Assembly: GCA_964035545.1 (NCBI GenBank)
Contig: OZ037770.1
Location: 7,942,973-8,006,972, forward strand
DNA length: 64,000 nt
Source of the DNA: Bugula neritina
Taxonomy: Eukaryota; Animalia; Bryozoa
Direction of reading: 5' to 3'
The position numbers and the translations under genes are program-made. Positions 1 to 12,300 of this stretch are shown here, piece by piece. Position 1 is the first letter of the stretch. Each line of letters opens with the position of its first letter. The notes under the pieces are model-generated. The model was not told the DNA's origin and searched no databases. It saw only the letters and a program-made list of their open reading frames with translations.

Positions 1-110
1 AAAGCCTAGTGTACACGAGTAGGAGTGTGACTTGTACTACAGGTAGGAGATGGTGCCTGTGTGAAGTGAGAGATGGAAAGAGTTATGCAGAGCCAATGAC
101 AGTCACATCA

Positions 111-2313
111 TCACCACTGAGCGGTGGTCCCGTAGGAGGCGTAACCAGTACCAGGGTAGCTGGCATAGGGGTCGGCATACTCTGCGTATCCACCACCATA
201 GTTGGGATCTGTGTACCCATAGCCATCATATGGTCCGTAGCCAGCACCTGCAGTGGCAACAACCCAGTACAAGTTACAGCAGAGAGAAGAGCAGTAGATA
301 ATACAGACTCAGCATATCATCACACTAGGAGAGAACACCAACTCACCGTATCCAGTGTCATAGGCTGAAGGGGCAGAGCTGTAGGCACCTCGCCCACGAC
401 CCCTAACACCCCCTCTCATTCCACCCCCGCGGACACCTCTGAATCCCCCTCCTCTGGGACCACCTCCGCGGACACCTCTGAAACCTCCGCCACGTACTCC
501 TCGGAAACCACTACCTCTGGCACCTCCTCGGCCACCAGAAGGGTTTTGGCCCTGGAATCACACAGCATAAAATATGTGAAGGGAAGCAACTCTCACACTG
601 AAGAGAGAGGAGGCAACTTCACACAAAACAGCTTTTAATAGTAACTGTGTACTTGGTAGTCACCTGAACCTCTCCTGGTAGAGTTTGAGGGAACGGGTAA
701 CAGTACACAAAGTATATAGTACACGGGATAAACAGCACAGAGAGTATACAGAGTATACAGAGTATACAGAGTATACAGAGTATACAGAGTATACAGAGTA
801 TACAGAGTATACAGAGTATACAGAGTATACAGAGTATACAGAGTATACAGAGTATACAGAGTATACAGAGTATACAGAGTATACAGAGTATACAGAGTAT
901 ACAGAGTATACAGAGTATACAGAATATACAGCACAGAGAGTATACAGCACACAGAGAAGACAGAGTATACAGAGTATACAGAGAAGACGTAGGTTGGAGC
1001 TCACCTTTGGAGACTTGAATCTGATCTGCAAGCTGTTGCCGTTGAATTCTGTTCCATTGAGAGCCGCCACTGCAGCCTCTGCCTCCTGTGCATTCGGCAT
1101 GGTAACAAAGCCAAACCCCTTGCCCTGACCAGTGGCAAAGTCTTGTATGACGTTAACCTACAATATTTAGCCAAACAATAATCTCCCAGACATCTATTCT
1201 ATCCACAATCACCTCAGCCACAAAACCACCTCATCTACACACCCACCTCAGCCACAGGACCACCTTATCTACACACCCACCTTGGCTACAGTTCCGTAGG
1301 GAGTAAACAGTCCTTGCAGCTGAGTCTCGTCAGTCTGGTAGCCAATGTTGTATGCGAATATGATGAAACCCAACTCATTCTTCTCAGCAGTGGCAGCAGA
1401 CACAGGCCCGCTGTCTCCTGCACCTTGTTTGCCTCTTCCTATCGGGTTGTACCTGGCACCTCCCGCACTGGCACCTCGTCTCATTGGTCCACCGCCATTG
1501 CTCTGTCCAGTTGTGGGGATACTAAAACCCTGCAAGTACATTTTTCAAAATTATATGGGATTGTCTGGTGTGTTCTTGGGTAGTAAACAGAAACATTGGC
1601 AGTGAGTGTGATTGAGTGAGTGATACTGCGAGTGGGTGATACTGCAAGAGGGCCACACAACGCGAGCAAGATGTGGGAACCTGTCCAGCCCAAGAATGGG
1701 GCGTAGTGTGCGGCTTTTCATGCAGATAACATGCTGAGCGGGAAATGCAGAAAGCTCGTGCAGGTTTGATTTAATTGGCTGATTACCATTTAGCGAGCAC
1801 ATTTTTTAATTTCAATTCCCGCTTTAGTTTTTAGCGAACTGAATTAAAACAGCTTCATATAGTTTGCATTTCCGCTTTTATAATATCTAAAGTCACTTTG
1901 CCGATGACATAGATTTAAAACGTCTGTAGGTGAGCAGTCAAGTTAAACTCTAAAATCATTAACTAATAAATTTCCGCACCCACAACACACGCATTGCGTG
2001 TGGTAGGTCACTCCTGGGACGGGGTTTTAAAAATTTGAACCCGCGAGGGGTAACCCACGCCGTGTGGCCCTATGCATACTGAGAGTGACACCGAGAGTGA
2101 CACCGAGAGTGACACCGAGAGTGATACCGAGAGTGATACCGAGAGTGATACCGAGAGTGATACTGAGAGTGATACCGAGAGTGATACTGAGAGTGATACT
2201 GAGAGTGATACTGAGAGTGATACCGAGAGTGATAGAGTATGGTATATCAACAATACATACCTGTTGCTCAGTTGATGCAGCTTCTCCACCTTCATACCAG
2301 CCATTATTAGATG
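111..2313 (-). CDS. RNA-binding protein with one ELAV/Hu RRM3-like domain and an RGG- and Tyr/Gly-rich C-terminal tail; 5' end not located. Exons 2261-2313, 1281-1529, 1005-1157, 347-551, 111-247
   Basis: GT-AG introns with consistent phases. RNP2 IFAYNI, RNP1 KGFGFVTM, and LNG...LQIRFK as in ELAV RRM3. Followed by GFRGVRGG repeats and a YGGGY-type tail ending TTAQW*. Confidence 0.85.
738..980. repeat. 9-bp tandem repeat (AGAGTATAC)n, intronic
   Basis: About 20 near-perfect copies with degenerate edges; source of the spurious YTL/VYS/EYT ORFs. Confidence 0.97.
2077..2233. repeat. 12-bp tandem repeat (ACYGAGAGTGAY)n, intronic
   Basis: About 13 copies seen directly. Confidence 0.96.
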
Positions 2314-2319
2314 CTGCAA

Positions 2320-2758
2320 ACATAAACATATTTATTAGTACTTTCTATAAACACATTTTATAGTACTTTCTATAAACATATTTAATAGTACTTTCTATAA
2401 ATATATTAATAGTACTTCCTATAAGCATATTTAATAGTACTTCCTATAAGCATATTTAATAGTACTTCCTATAAGCATATTTAATAGTAATTTCTATAAA
2501 CATATTTAATAGTACTTCCTATAAGCATATTTAATAGTAATTTCTATAAACATATTTAATAGTACTTTCTATAAACATATTTAATAGTAATTTCTATAAA
2601 CATATTTAATAGTACTTTCTATAAACATATTTAATAGTACTTTCTATAAACATATTTAATAGTACTTTCAATAAACATATTTAATAGTACTTTCTATAAA
2701 CATATTTAATAGTACTTTCAATAAACATATTTAATAGTACTTTCTATAAACATATTTA
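2320..2758. repeat. 25-bp minisatellite (TTAATAGTACTTTCTATAAACATAT)n
   Basis: About 17 copies starting just beyond the splice acceptor of exon 2261-2313. Confidence 0.95.
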
Positions 2759-3837
2759 TCAGACATCAGATTATTAACCAACAAAATATACTAGATTCTA
2801 GAGAACAAATGGTTGAGCCACATTTTCAGCAGCCTATTATAGGAAAGTGAAGAGAAAACAAAAATAAGTGGACCTGTACACTTGCTGATACAACTGCAAC
2901 ATGTAACATATTTGTGTGAACAAAAAAGAGCAGTTGTGTATAAAGGAAAGGGTAAATTACTGGATCCATCTTGGTCAGCCAAATTAGCAACCAATCAGCG
3001 AAAGATATATTAATTTTTTCATAACCAAACAGTGACTTTAGGGGAGGGGTTGGGGATGTCCTGTCTGAGATGTCGAACAGAGCGTTTACCAAGATGAATG
3101 GTATAGAAAAACTCACCCTCTACAGCATAGCCTTCTGTACCCGGAGCTGCAAAAGTTTCCATGAGTAACTCGGATTATTCTTCTAAAAATAACCCATTGA
3201 AAAAAACTTTGCAGGACGGTGGAAAACACAAAACAACATTGGCAAAGACTAGCAGGGAGAGCTTTGATACATTATACAAGCCGTAAAATAATGTCGCAGA
3301 AGTGCACTTGTAAAAACAACTTAAAAATAATAGTGAAAAATAAAAGCCATGGTGGCCTTGCTACCTTTATCAGCTAAAAATGTGTCTCCTTGTAGAGGAA
3401 AAATTCTTGTGAAGTGAGTAAAAATGGATCTTGAGTAGTGAATCAGGAAAAGTCTTCAAAAAATATCTAGTAATAGCTCTGCTAAATGCCACCGCTTAAA
3501 AAAAGATGAAAAGAGAAAAATATTAGCATCAAAATATTAATATATTGAAAGGAGTAGTGGCCTAGAGGTCAATAGTTGCAGGTTATATACCCGGAGAGCA
3601 TGGCGAGGTAAGAGGCAGTTACTAGTTGGTGGATCAGTTGACTGCACTGACTCACTGGTGCCAGGTTCAACTTGCTATCTGCAATGAGACACCAATCAAC
3701 ACTTTACTGACGGAATAGCTACTTAATGCACAGTTTTTAACCTTTCTGCTCTTACTCTGAACACTGACAAACCTGGTGAAGTTGCCTGTATATCTACAAG
3801 TCTCTGAAATAAAAACTTCCTTTACCATTAACTTTAA

Positions 3838-4798
3838 GGATAACGGTGATGGTAAAATTGGCTAAATAAATGAGCTACTTTCATGGTTGTAGCGTTGGTG
3901 TAATACATTTGCCAATACTTTATTACTACTATCTCTGTTACTTTTAACAATCAACTTCGAGCAGGCCTACTTGTGATAGTCACTGCTATGTGGACAGCTA
4001 TTACTATTGGCTTCAAATTAACAAAATTAGGCCTGAAGCTATTGAGCAAATGGTCCGGTAACAAATCAATGTTGCTACTTGCTAAAAGCAATAATATAAG
4101 TGAAATATTCAGTAGGTTCAAGCTGTGTGCTGCCTTTAGTACTAGTGAATGTAATCTAATTATAGTCTGTAGTAGCTTACTTGTAAATATAGTGTAATTG
4201 CTTGCTATCCTCACCCTAGTCAAGCCAATTTTTAGTGAAGTGAAGTGATTATAAAGTGTTACAGTCAGGCTTTCAGTCTACTATGATTCTCTCTTCTAGA
4301 GATTAATGACATGTGTGTCAGCCACCAGCACTACAGATATCTAGACCTAGTAGACCTGGTATTAGTACCTACAGCTATAAGTCCACGTCACATTGGCTAC
4401 ATGGTGGCTGGATTTTGAGTACATAATTTTTTGACATTAGCTGACTTGGCAAAATTACCTTGAATAGGTTTACAGCTGGTGACATCTTTTGTAATTAAGT
4501 ATAAATTTGCAAAAATTATGTTGAATAGTTTACTAAAAATTTGGAGTATAATTGTTCAAGTAACATTTATTTTTGACCAAGCCATTTGCTCAATAGCCTC
4601 AGGCCCAATCTTGTTAACTTCAAGCTAATAATAATAAGACATTTCCAGAACAGTCACCATCACAATTGGGTGTGTTTGAAGTCAGTTATTAAAGTAACAG
4701 TGATGGTAGTAATAAAGTATTGGCAAATGTATTACACCAACAGTACAAGCATAAAAGCAGTTCTTTTATTTAGCCAATTTTACCATCACTGCTATCCT
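3838..4798. repeat. Diverged long inverted repeat (arms ~3838-4053 and ~4582-4798), probable old fold-back/MITE relic
   Basis: GGTGTAATACATTTGCCAATACTTTATTAC vs GTAATAAAGTATTGGCAAATGTATTACACC, and GCTATTGAGCAAATGG vs CCATTTGCTCAATAGC, are reverse complements. Confidence 0.7.
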
Positions 4799-7159
4799 AG
4801 AGTAAACTATCAACTCATAAAAATACTACATGATAAATAATGAAGGCTCATTAAAACAAATACTTATAGTTGTTTGCAAGTTACTAATATTTCACAGTTG
4901 CCAACCTAATATCTAGCTGATGCCCATCAACAAGCCTAAGGAATTGTACTACCAAGTTCAAAATTAATTGCTTGCTGCAATATGCAATTCCTCGACGCTC
5001 TAACGGACAATTGCTAATCTTTTAAAGTTTGTAAGGAGGCTATAAAAATTATATTAATTGTTACCTAATGCTGTATATATTAATAGAGTTGGACGAAATC
5101 TTAATCTAATAGTAATACTTTAACTAGTTCATTATTAGAAACTGTGAGTGACCATTACTATAACTGTATTAGACTAGACAATAGCAACCAAATTATGAAC
5201 ACACCTGTATAATTACTACGACTATCACTATCAGAGTTATATTTAATATAAATAATAATTAGTAAATTCTATGACTATAAGTATAAGTTTAAGTATAATA
5301 GTTTAATTTTAGTTTTGCAGTGCTATTAGTATTATATTTAGTAATATATTTATCTTACTCCTGCTATCCAAACAGGACAAAGCGGAGATGGGTGAGAATT
5401 ATATTTATCTTATTACTATTACTATTAGTATTAGTCACTACCAGTTCGTACGACGTACGTATCGGTATCCGTAGGCGTATGGTATTGGCCATTGCCCATG
5501 GCCATTGGAGTAGCTAAGTTACTAAGCTAAGGCAAATTTATAAGTTCAAGTAATAGTTATGGTATTACTATTACGATTAGTATTAGTATTACTAATAGTA
5601 ATACTTATACTATCAGTATCATCAATTTTAAATCATGATGATTAACAATAGTCAATAACTATAAGTCAATAAGTATAGCTAACATTTTGATCATCAAATG
5701 ATCAAATGATCATAATTATCATAATCAATATCATATTCATAATGATATTGATAATGTTCAACTTGAACTACAGCTTGAAAATCATAAATAAGATATCACA
5801 AAATTGAAAAATATTGTAATCAGACAGGACCCTTGTGGATTAAACCAATAAATCTTACTACAACATACGTACAGCAATGAAATAATTCAATAATAAATCA
5901 TATAACAAAAATTACCATTTAAACGTCTAACAATATGGCGACAAAGAAAACTAGAGCGCGCCACCTTGCGAGAGTTTTTAACCAATAAGCTTCCATTCAG
6001 ACTATATTTCACCTAAAGTTAAAGCGTACCGAGGTTGTCTGCTGTAAAGAGTTGCTTTTCACTGTTCTACACTATATTATTACTGTCCATGACGTCACTT
6101 GTCAGCTACATTAGCTGACAGTGGACAGAAAGCAGTGCTGCAATGAGTGTTTATAGTATTTATAAAAAAAAATTATTTCTAGTATCTAATGAAATATTCT
6201 TTGCATTATTGTGTGTTGACACTTATTTTGAAGTTGCTTTATAAGTTGCCATTTACAACATCTGTTGTAGTTTTGTGCACTCCTCTTGCGGGTTTTATTG
6301 TGTGCTCAAATGATTACTGCATATCCACTGTGAGGTTATGTAAAGAACCGAACCAGTTGATTCCTTAACCAGAGAACTGTATTATAAACTGTATATGAGA
6401 AAAATCATAAGAGAATTACAAAAGAGAGAAATAATACATTAGTAGTTGTTACTTAAGTTAACCTGTCTGCTTAATAACTATCATCTAGACTGCTGTGGGC
6501 ACCAGAAGGCATTGTTTACAGATGAGGGGTTTATCCTGATTGGTTAAAATAAGGTTCCGTCAATGTCACCGTAGAGAGCGATGCAGTGCCGTGCAGGACT
6601 ACGGCATGACTAGCGGAGTTGTCGTCCTTAGAACATTAGTTACACCATAATATGCTGTGAGGGTTCAGCATGGGGTACTGAGGGGTATATTTCTCACATA
6701 AACTACACATCTTACAATGCTACAACCCCTTTCCCCAATAGTATGACTTTAAATAGTAGAAAAGAATAAAAAAAAACATGGATGTGTTTCCATGTGCAAG
6801 CATTAATTATATATAAGCCTTGCATTTAAATTTTTAGTTATAGTCTGTAAAAATATAATTATTTGAAGATAAAAATCTATCTAAAAGCACTTATATTTTG
6901 CAAATTGTAAAAAGCAGCGCTAGGTAAACACTAATTTAAACAGCAACTATATGTCCAATAGAAAATTGGAAAACAAAACTGCAGTTGCTGCAGCTATTGA
7001 GTAGTTAAATGCCTTTAGCAATAATGCTAAACTTATATAATATCTTAAGGGCGTATATGAATGATATAGCATAAGTTACCTACAGGAACTTAACAAACTG
7101 TTGGTCACATAAGCTTGATCAGTACAACTCAATATGATGTCATGATGTTTATCAATTTC

Positions 7160-7544
7160 AGTAGTATAATAAGTGCCTCTAGGGCTATGGAAGTAAGCAT
7201 CTCGCATCAGCCAACTTGTCAACTGTAGACTCTATGGCTATGTAAATTAGCATCTCGTTAACTATGTGAGCATTGTATTTGTTAATGATGAATTAGCATT
7301 GTAAGCCGTAAATTTGACAGGTGGTAGCTATTAAATTTAGCTTACAGTGAACAAATTACACCTTTTAACTAACTACGTAGTCAGAATCTCACGTACTGAA
7401 AAATTGATCTATGATTAGTTAGCCTCGTTATATCACTGTTGTCACTTTGGTAAATTCTACACTCTTTATAATATTCAATAACCAGAGAGAGATTTTTTTC
7501 ACCATGCGTTTATTTTCTTGAAAAAAAATGTCATAATAGAATAT
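7160..7544. repeat. Outer part of Polinton left TIR (continues at 15132-15246, 18672-18692 and 21861-22565)
   Basis: Reverse complement of ~36045-36429 with about 11 mismatches in 385 bp (counted by eye). Confidence 0.95.
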
Positions 7545-8177
7545 TGTAGTAATTCGTGCAATTACTGTGCGTGGGTTCCTAGCTTGTGATTATAGTCTAT
7601 TTATCCACATCAATAAAGTATTTAAGTAAGATTCCACAAGGTTTATTTACTACTAAGTATATTGAAAGATACAAAAAGTACGCAGATTAGAAACACTACA
7701 TCTTTACTTGTTTAGTACGCTCTCTCTACTACTACTACTACCACTCGCCGAGGGTTATCACATGACGCACTCTGATTGGCTGAAGGGGCTTGGGGGACGC
7801 GCGTATTACGTCCTCACTACACCGCCCCCCCAGCAGAAAGCCCTACTTTCTGATAACACAGATACAGTTAATACTAAGACATAAAACGTTACAAAAACTA
7901 TAAAACTGAGAGAGCGTATGCCACATAAAAGAAAGAACATGACTATGTACAGTAATAAAAAAAGTCTATATAAAAAATATATAACATTAAAACGCACGAT
8001 GACACTGACGGGAGGCACTTGTAAGTGAATAGTCCATAGGGTTAGAGATGCATACTTGTAGGTTACTATAAGATTGTCACACTGAGGAATTGTTTGTTAG
8101 CACCGGGCATGAGAGGGGTTCGAGATGGGGCACCACCTGCGGTACCATCACGGGTAGGGAGTTTGGGGATGTCGTCT

Positions 8178-9322
8178 TCAAGCGCTTCCTTTCATTCGGG
8201 CTACAGAGGCAGAGAGGGCCCGGAGTTCAGATGCGGCGGCAGAGATTCTCGGTGTCAGTCTTTGCACTTCTTTCTCTAGTTCTCGTATCCGCTCTTCTGC
8301 TTCTCCTAGGTTCCGGGCGGGGGCAGAGTGCCGGTTAGGAGACGAAGATGGCCAACGCCGTTTGCGAGAAGGCCTTGGGGAGACGGGGGGAGAGGGACGC
8401 CATCGCTGTGGTACTTCGATGCGTCGTAGCACGACTCTGGGTATGGAGTCGGGGCGGGGCACTGTGCGTGCGGGGGGTGATGGACGGGGTACGTGTGGTC
8501 TCCTATATCCGGGTGGTTTAGGGCAGGGTCCTTGCGTGATGGTCCTGGGTGCGGGGAACTCCTGACGCAGCCGTTCGTAGCGAGCTGGGTCTGATATGAA
8601 TGGTCGGATGAGATCAAGGAATTGTGGAAAGGAGGGTTCGTCGACTTCGAAAAGGTGTCCAACGTGGCATCCCATAGTTCGCTGGTGACGGAGGATGTAG
8701 TCCCTGTGGTAACTATATTCACCACAGGGACAAAAGGTGGTGAAATAATGTTGGGGAACGTGAACTCGAAGTCTTCGTGGGGTGGTGAAATGAAGCTGGC
8801 ATAAACGGCAGGTGGTGCATTGGTCGTCTCCCTTGTGTTCTCGTATAAGTGCTTCTGTGTCTGGGGTAACCCAGCATGACTGGTGTAAGAGTGCCTCCGG
8901 AAGTGTAGTGGGAACGGGTTCCTCGTTCCAAGCCATTTCCAATGATGGCATGTTACAAGGCAGAGGAGAGAGAGCGGTATCTAAAAGAGCAGAATTACTG
9001 TTAGATCGAGTGTGATCTTTACACCATAATTCTGATGACAACCGACTGTTACTAGTCTGGGAGTCATACATCTTTTTAGATAGCACTCGAGGGACTGAGT
9101 CGTGTCCTGTAGACTGACAGAGAGACATAGTGTCAAGCTCCAGATCTAGTAGATCGTCGGCCATCGTTATGTTCTCGTCGCCTTTCACGTAGGACTCAGT
9201 CCCCAGTAGTTGTGATTCAATCAAGGCGATTAAATCAGAACTGACTGATGGTAGACTCGTTTCCATGAGTGGAAATGTTAGCTCAGAGCAAGCTTACCTG
9301 AGAACCCGGTATTTGTAATCAT
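8178..9322 (-). CDS. Accessory ORF3 of Gypsy A: two C2H2-like zinc fingers, Pro/Arg-rich basic region, C-terminal coiled coil; possibly spliced (mini-exon 9298-9322 plus exon 8178-8980)
   Basis: CRLC-x12-HVPQH and CPC-x12-HQRTMGC; tail EAEERIRELEKEVQRL; a homologous ORF occupies the same position in element B. Confidence 0.75.
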
Positions 9323-9331
9323 ACTCAGCGT

Positions 9332-12300
9332 TCAAGCTTGGATGTCCGTGGATTGAGTTTGAATGCGTCTGCCCTTGACAACGTCAGCGTACGAAAAGGC
9401 TGGGCAGCGTGATTGTTGCGCACGGCTGGAACTATTTGCCCCGGGCGTAGTAGTTTTGTTTACTACTCCGCCTTCGCAAAAGTTGAGATTTCCGTGGTGT
9501 TCACAACTCCCACGCTTTGTTGCCAGTCCTTCCGTACGGCACCCAGCTGGACTTTCGTAACTGCCGTTTGTAACACGGTCACATACGAAGTCCTTCAGGT
9601 ATGCTGGGGGTTGTCTAGTACGCTGTCCCCGTTCCAGCGGTGACGTATCAGCTGGAGAGGGAGTTGTAGTTGTTGGTTGGGGCGGTGTGCTCACTGGTGA
9701 GCTATTTTGCTCTACCTGTGGCGTTTCTAGCCCGTCGTTGATGATGGTGTTTCCCTCTCCGCTGTTGTCTCCGGATGGAGCCCCTCCCACAGGGGGGTTT
9801 TGCACTTCCGGACGCGGACGCGGATCCGGAAGTGGTGGGGGTAGACTTGGTACTGGGGGCGGTGGGCGCACTTCCGCTGGTGGGAGTGGCGTTTCCTGCC
9901 TCACCAAGTCCTCCTCCCGCGGCACAACCACTTCGTATTCTGGTCCATGCCGTTGCCGCCCGCGCGTTGCTGTCTGCCTCCTGGGCTCCAACAACGGGGG
10001 GCTGCTCCTGCTGCTCCTGGGCTAGCCCAATACGGTTTCAAGCGGGCTTCATTCTGGACAGAGACCTGTCCAGATCGCTCCAACTTGTACGTATGATTGG
10101 GCATTGCCTCAACTACAACGTAGGGTCCCACAAACTTAGGCTGGAGCTTAGCCGCTTGTCCTCGACGCCTACGGTAGTTGATCATCCACACCCAGTCCCC
10201 AGTTTGATAGAGGGGTGGTTCCTGAGAGTCCTCCTGCCGTACCTGCCACTGCTTTGCTCGCAGTATTTCGTGTGCGGCCCTCAGGTCCTTTATCAATTTA
10301 CTGGCATACTCGTGGATAGTATAGTCCTGCTCTGGGATGTGGTATGTGAGGTGGTCAGGCACTCGCGTCTCTCGACCGAGCATCAGGAGGTTAGGGGTTC
10401 CCCCCGTACTGGTGTGTGGTGTACTACGGTAGGCCCGCATGACTTGCGGTAGTACCGTATCCCATTCCTCTTGACCCCGGCCGAGGAGCAGACTGCGCAG
10501 TGCATCGCCCAACATGCGGTTGTTGCGTTCCACCACCCCGTTGCCCTGAGGATGGTATGGAAGGTCCTGCTTTGGTTTACTCCCCAGAGGCGGCAGAGGT
10601 CGCTCAATAGTTGGGACTGGAATTGAGCCCCCTGATCCGAATGTATCTGTTCGGGTAGTCCGAGATAGCAGAATACATTTTGGTCCAGCACCCTGGCCAC
10701 CGTGGGGGCGGACGCATCTGGGATAGCCAGGGCGTCCGCCCACCGTGTAAAGTGGTCGGTTAATACTAGGATCCAACTGTTTCCTCTGGGGGTGACAGGC
10801 ATGGGTCCGACTAGGTCGATAGCTACCACCTGCCATGGCCTCCCAGCATATAGCCTACGCCGTCCCGCTTCGCCAGGGAGACGGCCATGCTTGCTGGCCT
10901 GGCAGATTTCGCATTGTTTGACTCTACGCCGTACCTCACGCTCTATGCCGGGCCAGTACCACCGGAGCTGTAACTTGGAGAGCACCTTGCTTACCCCGGC
11001 GTGGGCCTGTTTGTGGGTGTCCCATACTAACTCCCGGCGTATGGCGGCTGGGCAGATCACCCTCTTTCTTCCGTACTGGCTGTTGTGAGCGGCCACTGTG
11101 ATGGTCAGCAGACCATCTGGCCCGATCCGCAGGGAGTCCCAACGTTGACAGTACACCCGTAACTCGGTGCATCCCTGCCGCAGTTGTTCTTCACTGGGTC
11201 GTCGCCCCTCCTTTTTGGCGCGATATACGTCGGCTACTACTCCGGGGAGGTCCTCCTGGAGTCTTCGTAGCTCCCTGACGTTATCGGCCAAGACAGGATT
11301 GGCACGGAGGCGTTGGATAGCCTCCGGGGGCGTAGTGGCCTTCTGTAGGAGTTGACCCTGGTCCCAGTCATACTCCGTTTCAGAGTGGTTCAATGCTCTC
11401 AACTCGGATTTTGGGGGACCTCCATCCCTCTTCTCGATGTTGAGGCACTGCTTGCACCCCTCATCCGGTCGCCGGCTCAGTCCATCAGCATTGCCGTGTT
11501 TCTTACCGGGCCGATGCTCGATCCGGTAAGAGAACTCGGCCAGGACCTCGAGCCATCGGGCGACTTGGCTGGACGGTTCTGCTCTCTTGCATAACCAAAT
11601 CAAGGAGGCGTGGTCGGTCCGCAAGCGGAACTTCCTGCCGTATAGATAAGGTTTGAAATGCTTCACCGACTTGATTACTGCCAGCAGTTCCTTTCGGGTA
11701 GTGCAGTAATTTCGTTCAGTGGGTGAGAGAGACTTACTGTAATAGGCCACGACCACTTCGCGGCCCTCCTGCACCTGGGACAGCACAGCGCCGACATTTT
11801 GGTCACTGGCGTCAGTATCGAGGATGTACTCCAGGGCAGGATCTGGATAGGCTAGGATAGGGGCCTCCAGCAGGCGGCCCTTGAGGCAGTCAAACGCTCT
11901 CTGTTCGACGGGAGTCCACTGCCAGGTCACCCCCTTTGTGGTGAGCCGGTTTAATGGCTGCGCTACCCCCGCAAAGTCTGGTATGTATTGCCTGTAATAC
12001 CCTACCAGCCCCAGGAAAGCCCGTAGTCCGGTCAAATCCTGAGGGGTTACCCAATCTTCTATAGCTCGTACCTTTTCAGGATCCGTCGCCACACCGTGAC
12101 GGCCGACGACGTGCCCCAGGTACTTCACCTCTGGCTGCAAGAGAGCGCACTTGGAGGGTTTGAGCTTCAGATTGGCACCTCGGAGTCGATCGAAGACCTC
12201 CCGCAGACGGCTGACGTGTGTTTGAAAGTCTGGGGAGATCACGATGACGTCGTCGAGGTATACCAGCAGTGTCTTCCAGTGGAGTCCACTGAGGACCTGT

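Noticed and set aside
664-674. Possible 11-nt microexon (cag|GAGAGGTTCAG|gtgac) in the RRM gene
   Set aside because: The flanking exons already join in phase 0 and inclusion would shift the frame; no support without transcripts.
635-1128. Long ORFs with YTL/VYS/EYT repeats (also SVSL/ESDT at 2008-2363, ER/SL at 38210-38533, and 41800-42198, 44913-45334)
   Set aside because: Translations of tandem or low-complexity repeats; only the embedded exon portions are real.
2320-2758. CRISPR-like appearance of 25-53 bp repeat arrays
   Set aside because: Head-to-tail units without unique spacers, no cas genes, eukaryotic intronic context.
2955-3000. Candidate first exon of the RRM gene (CCAAT, AAGATGGATCCA|gtaat on the minus strand)
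   Set aside because: The phase 0 donor does not match the phase 1 acceptor at 2313; cannot be confirmed.
8178-9266. ORF3 as an env gene
   Set aside because: No signal peptide, furin site with fusion peptide, or transmembrane anchor; zinc-finger motifs instead.
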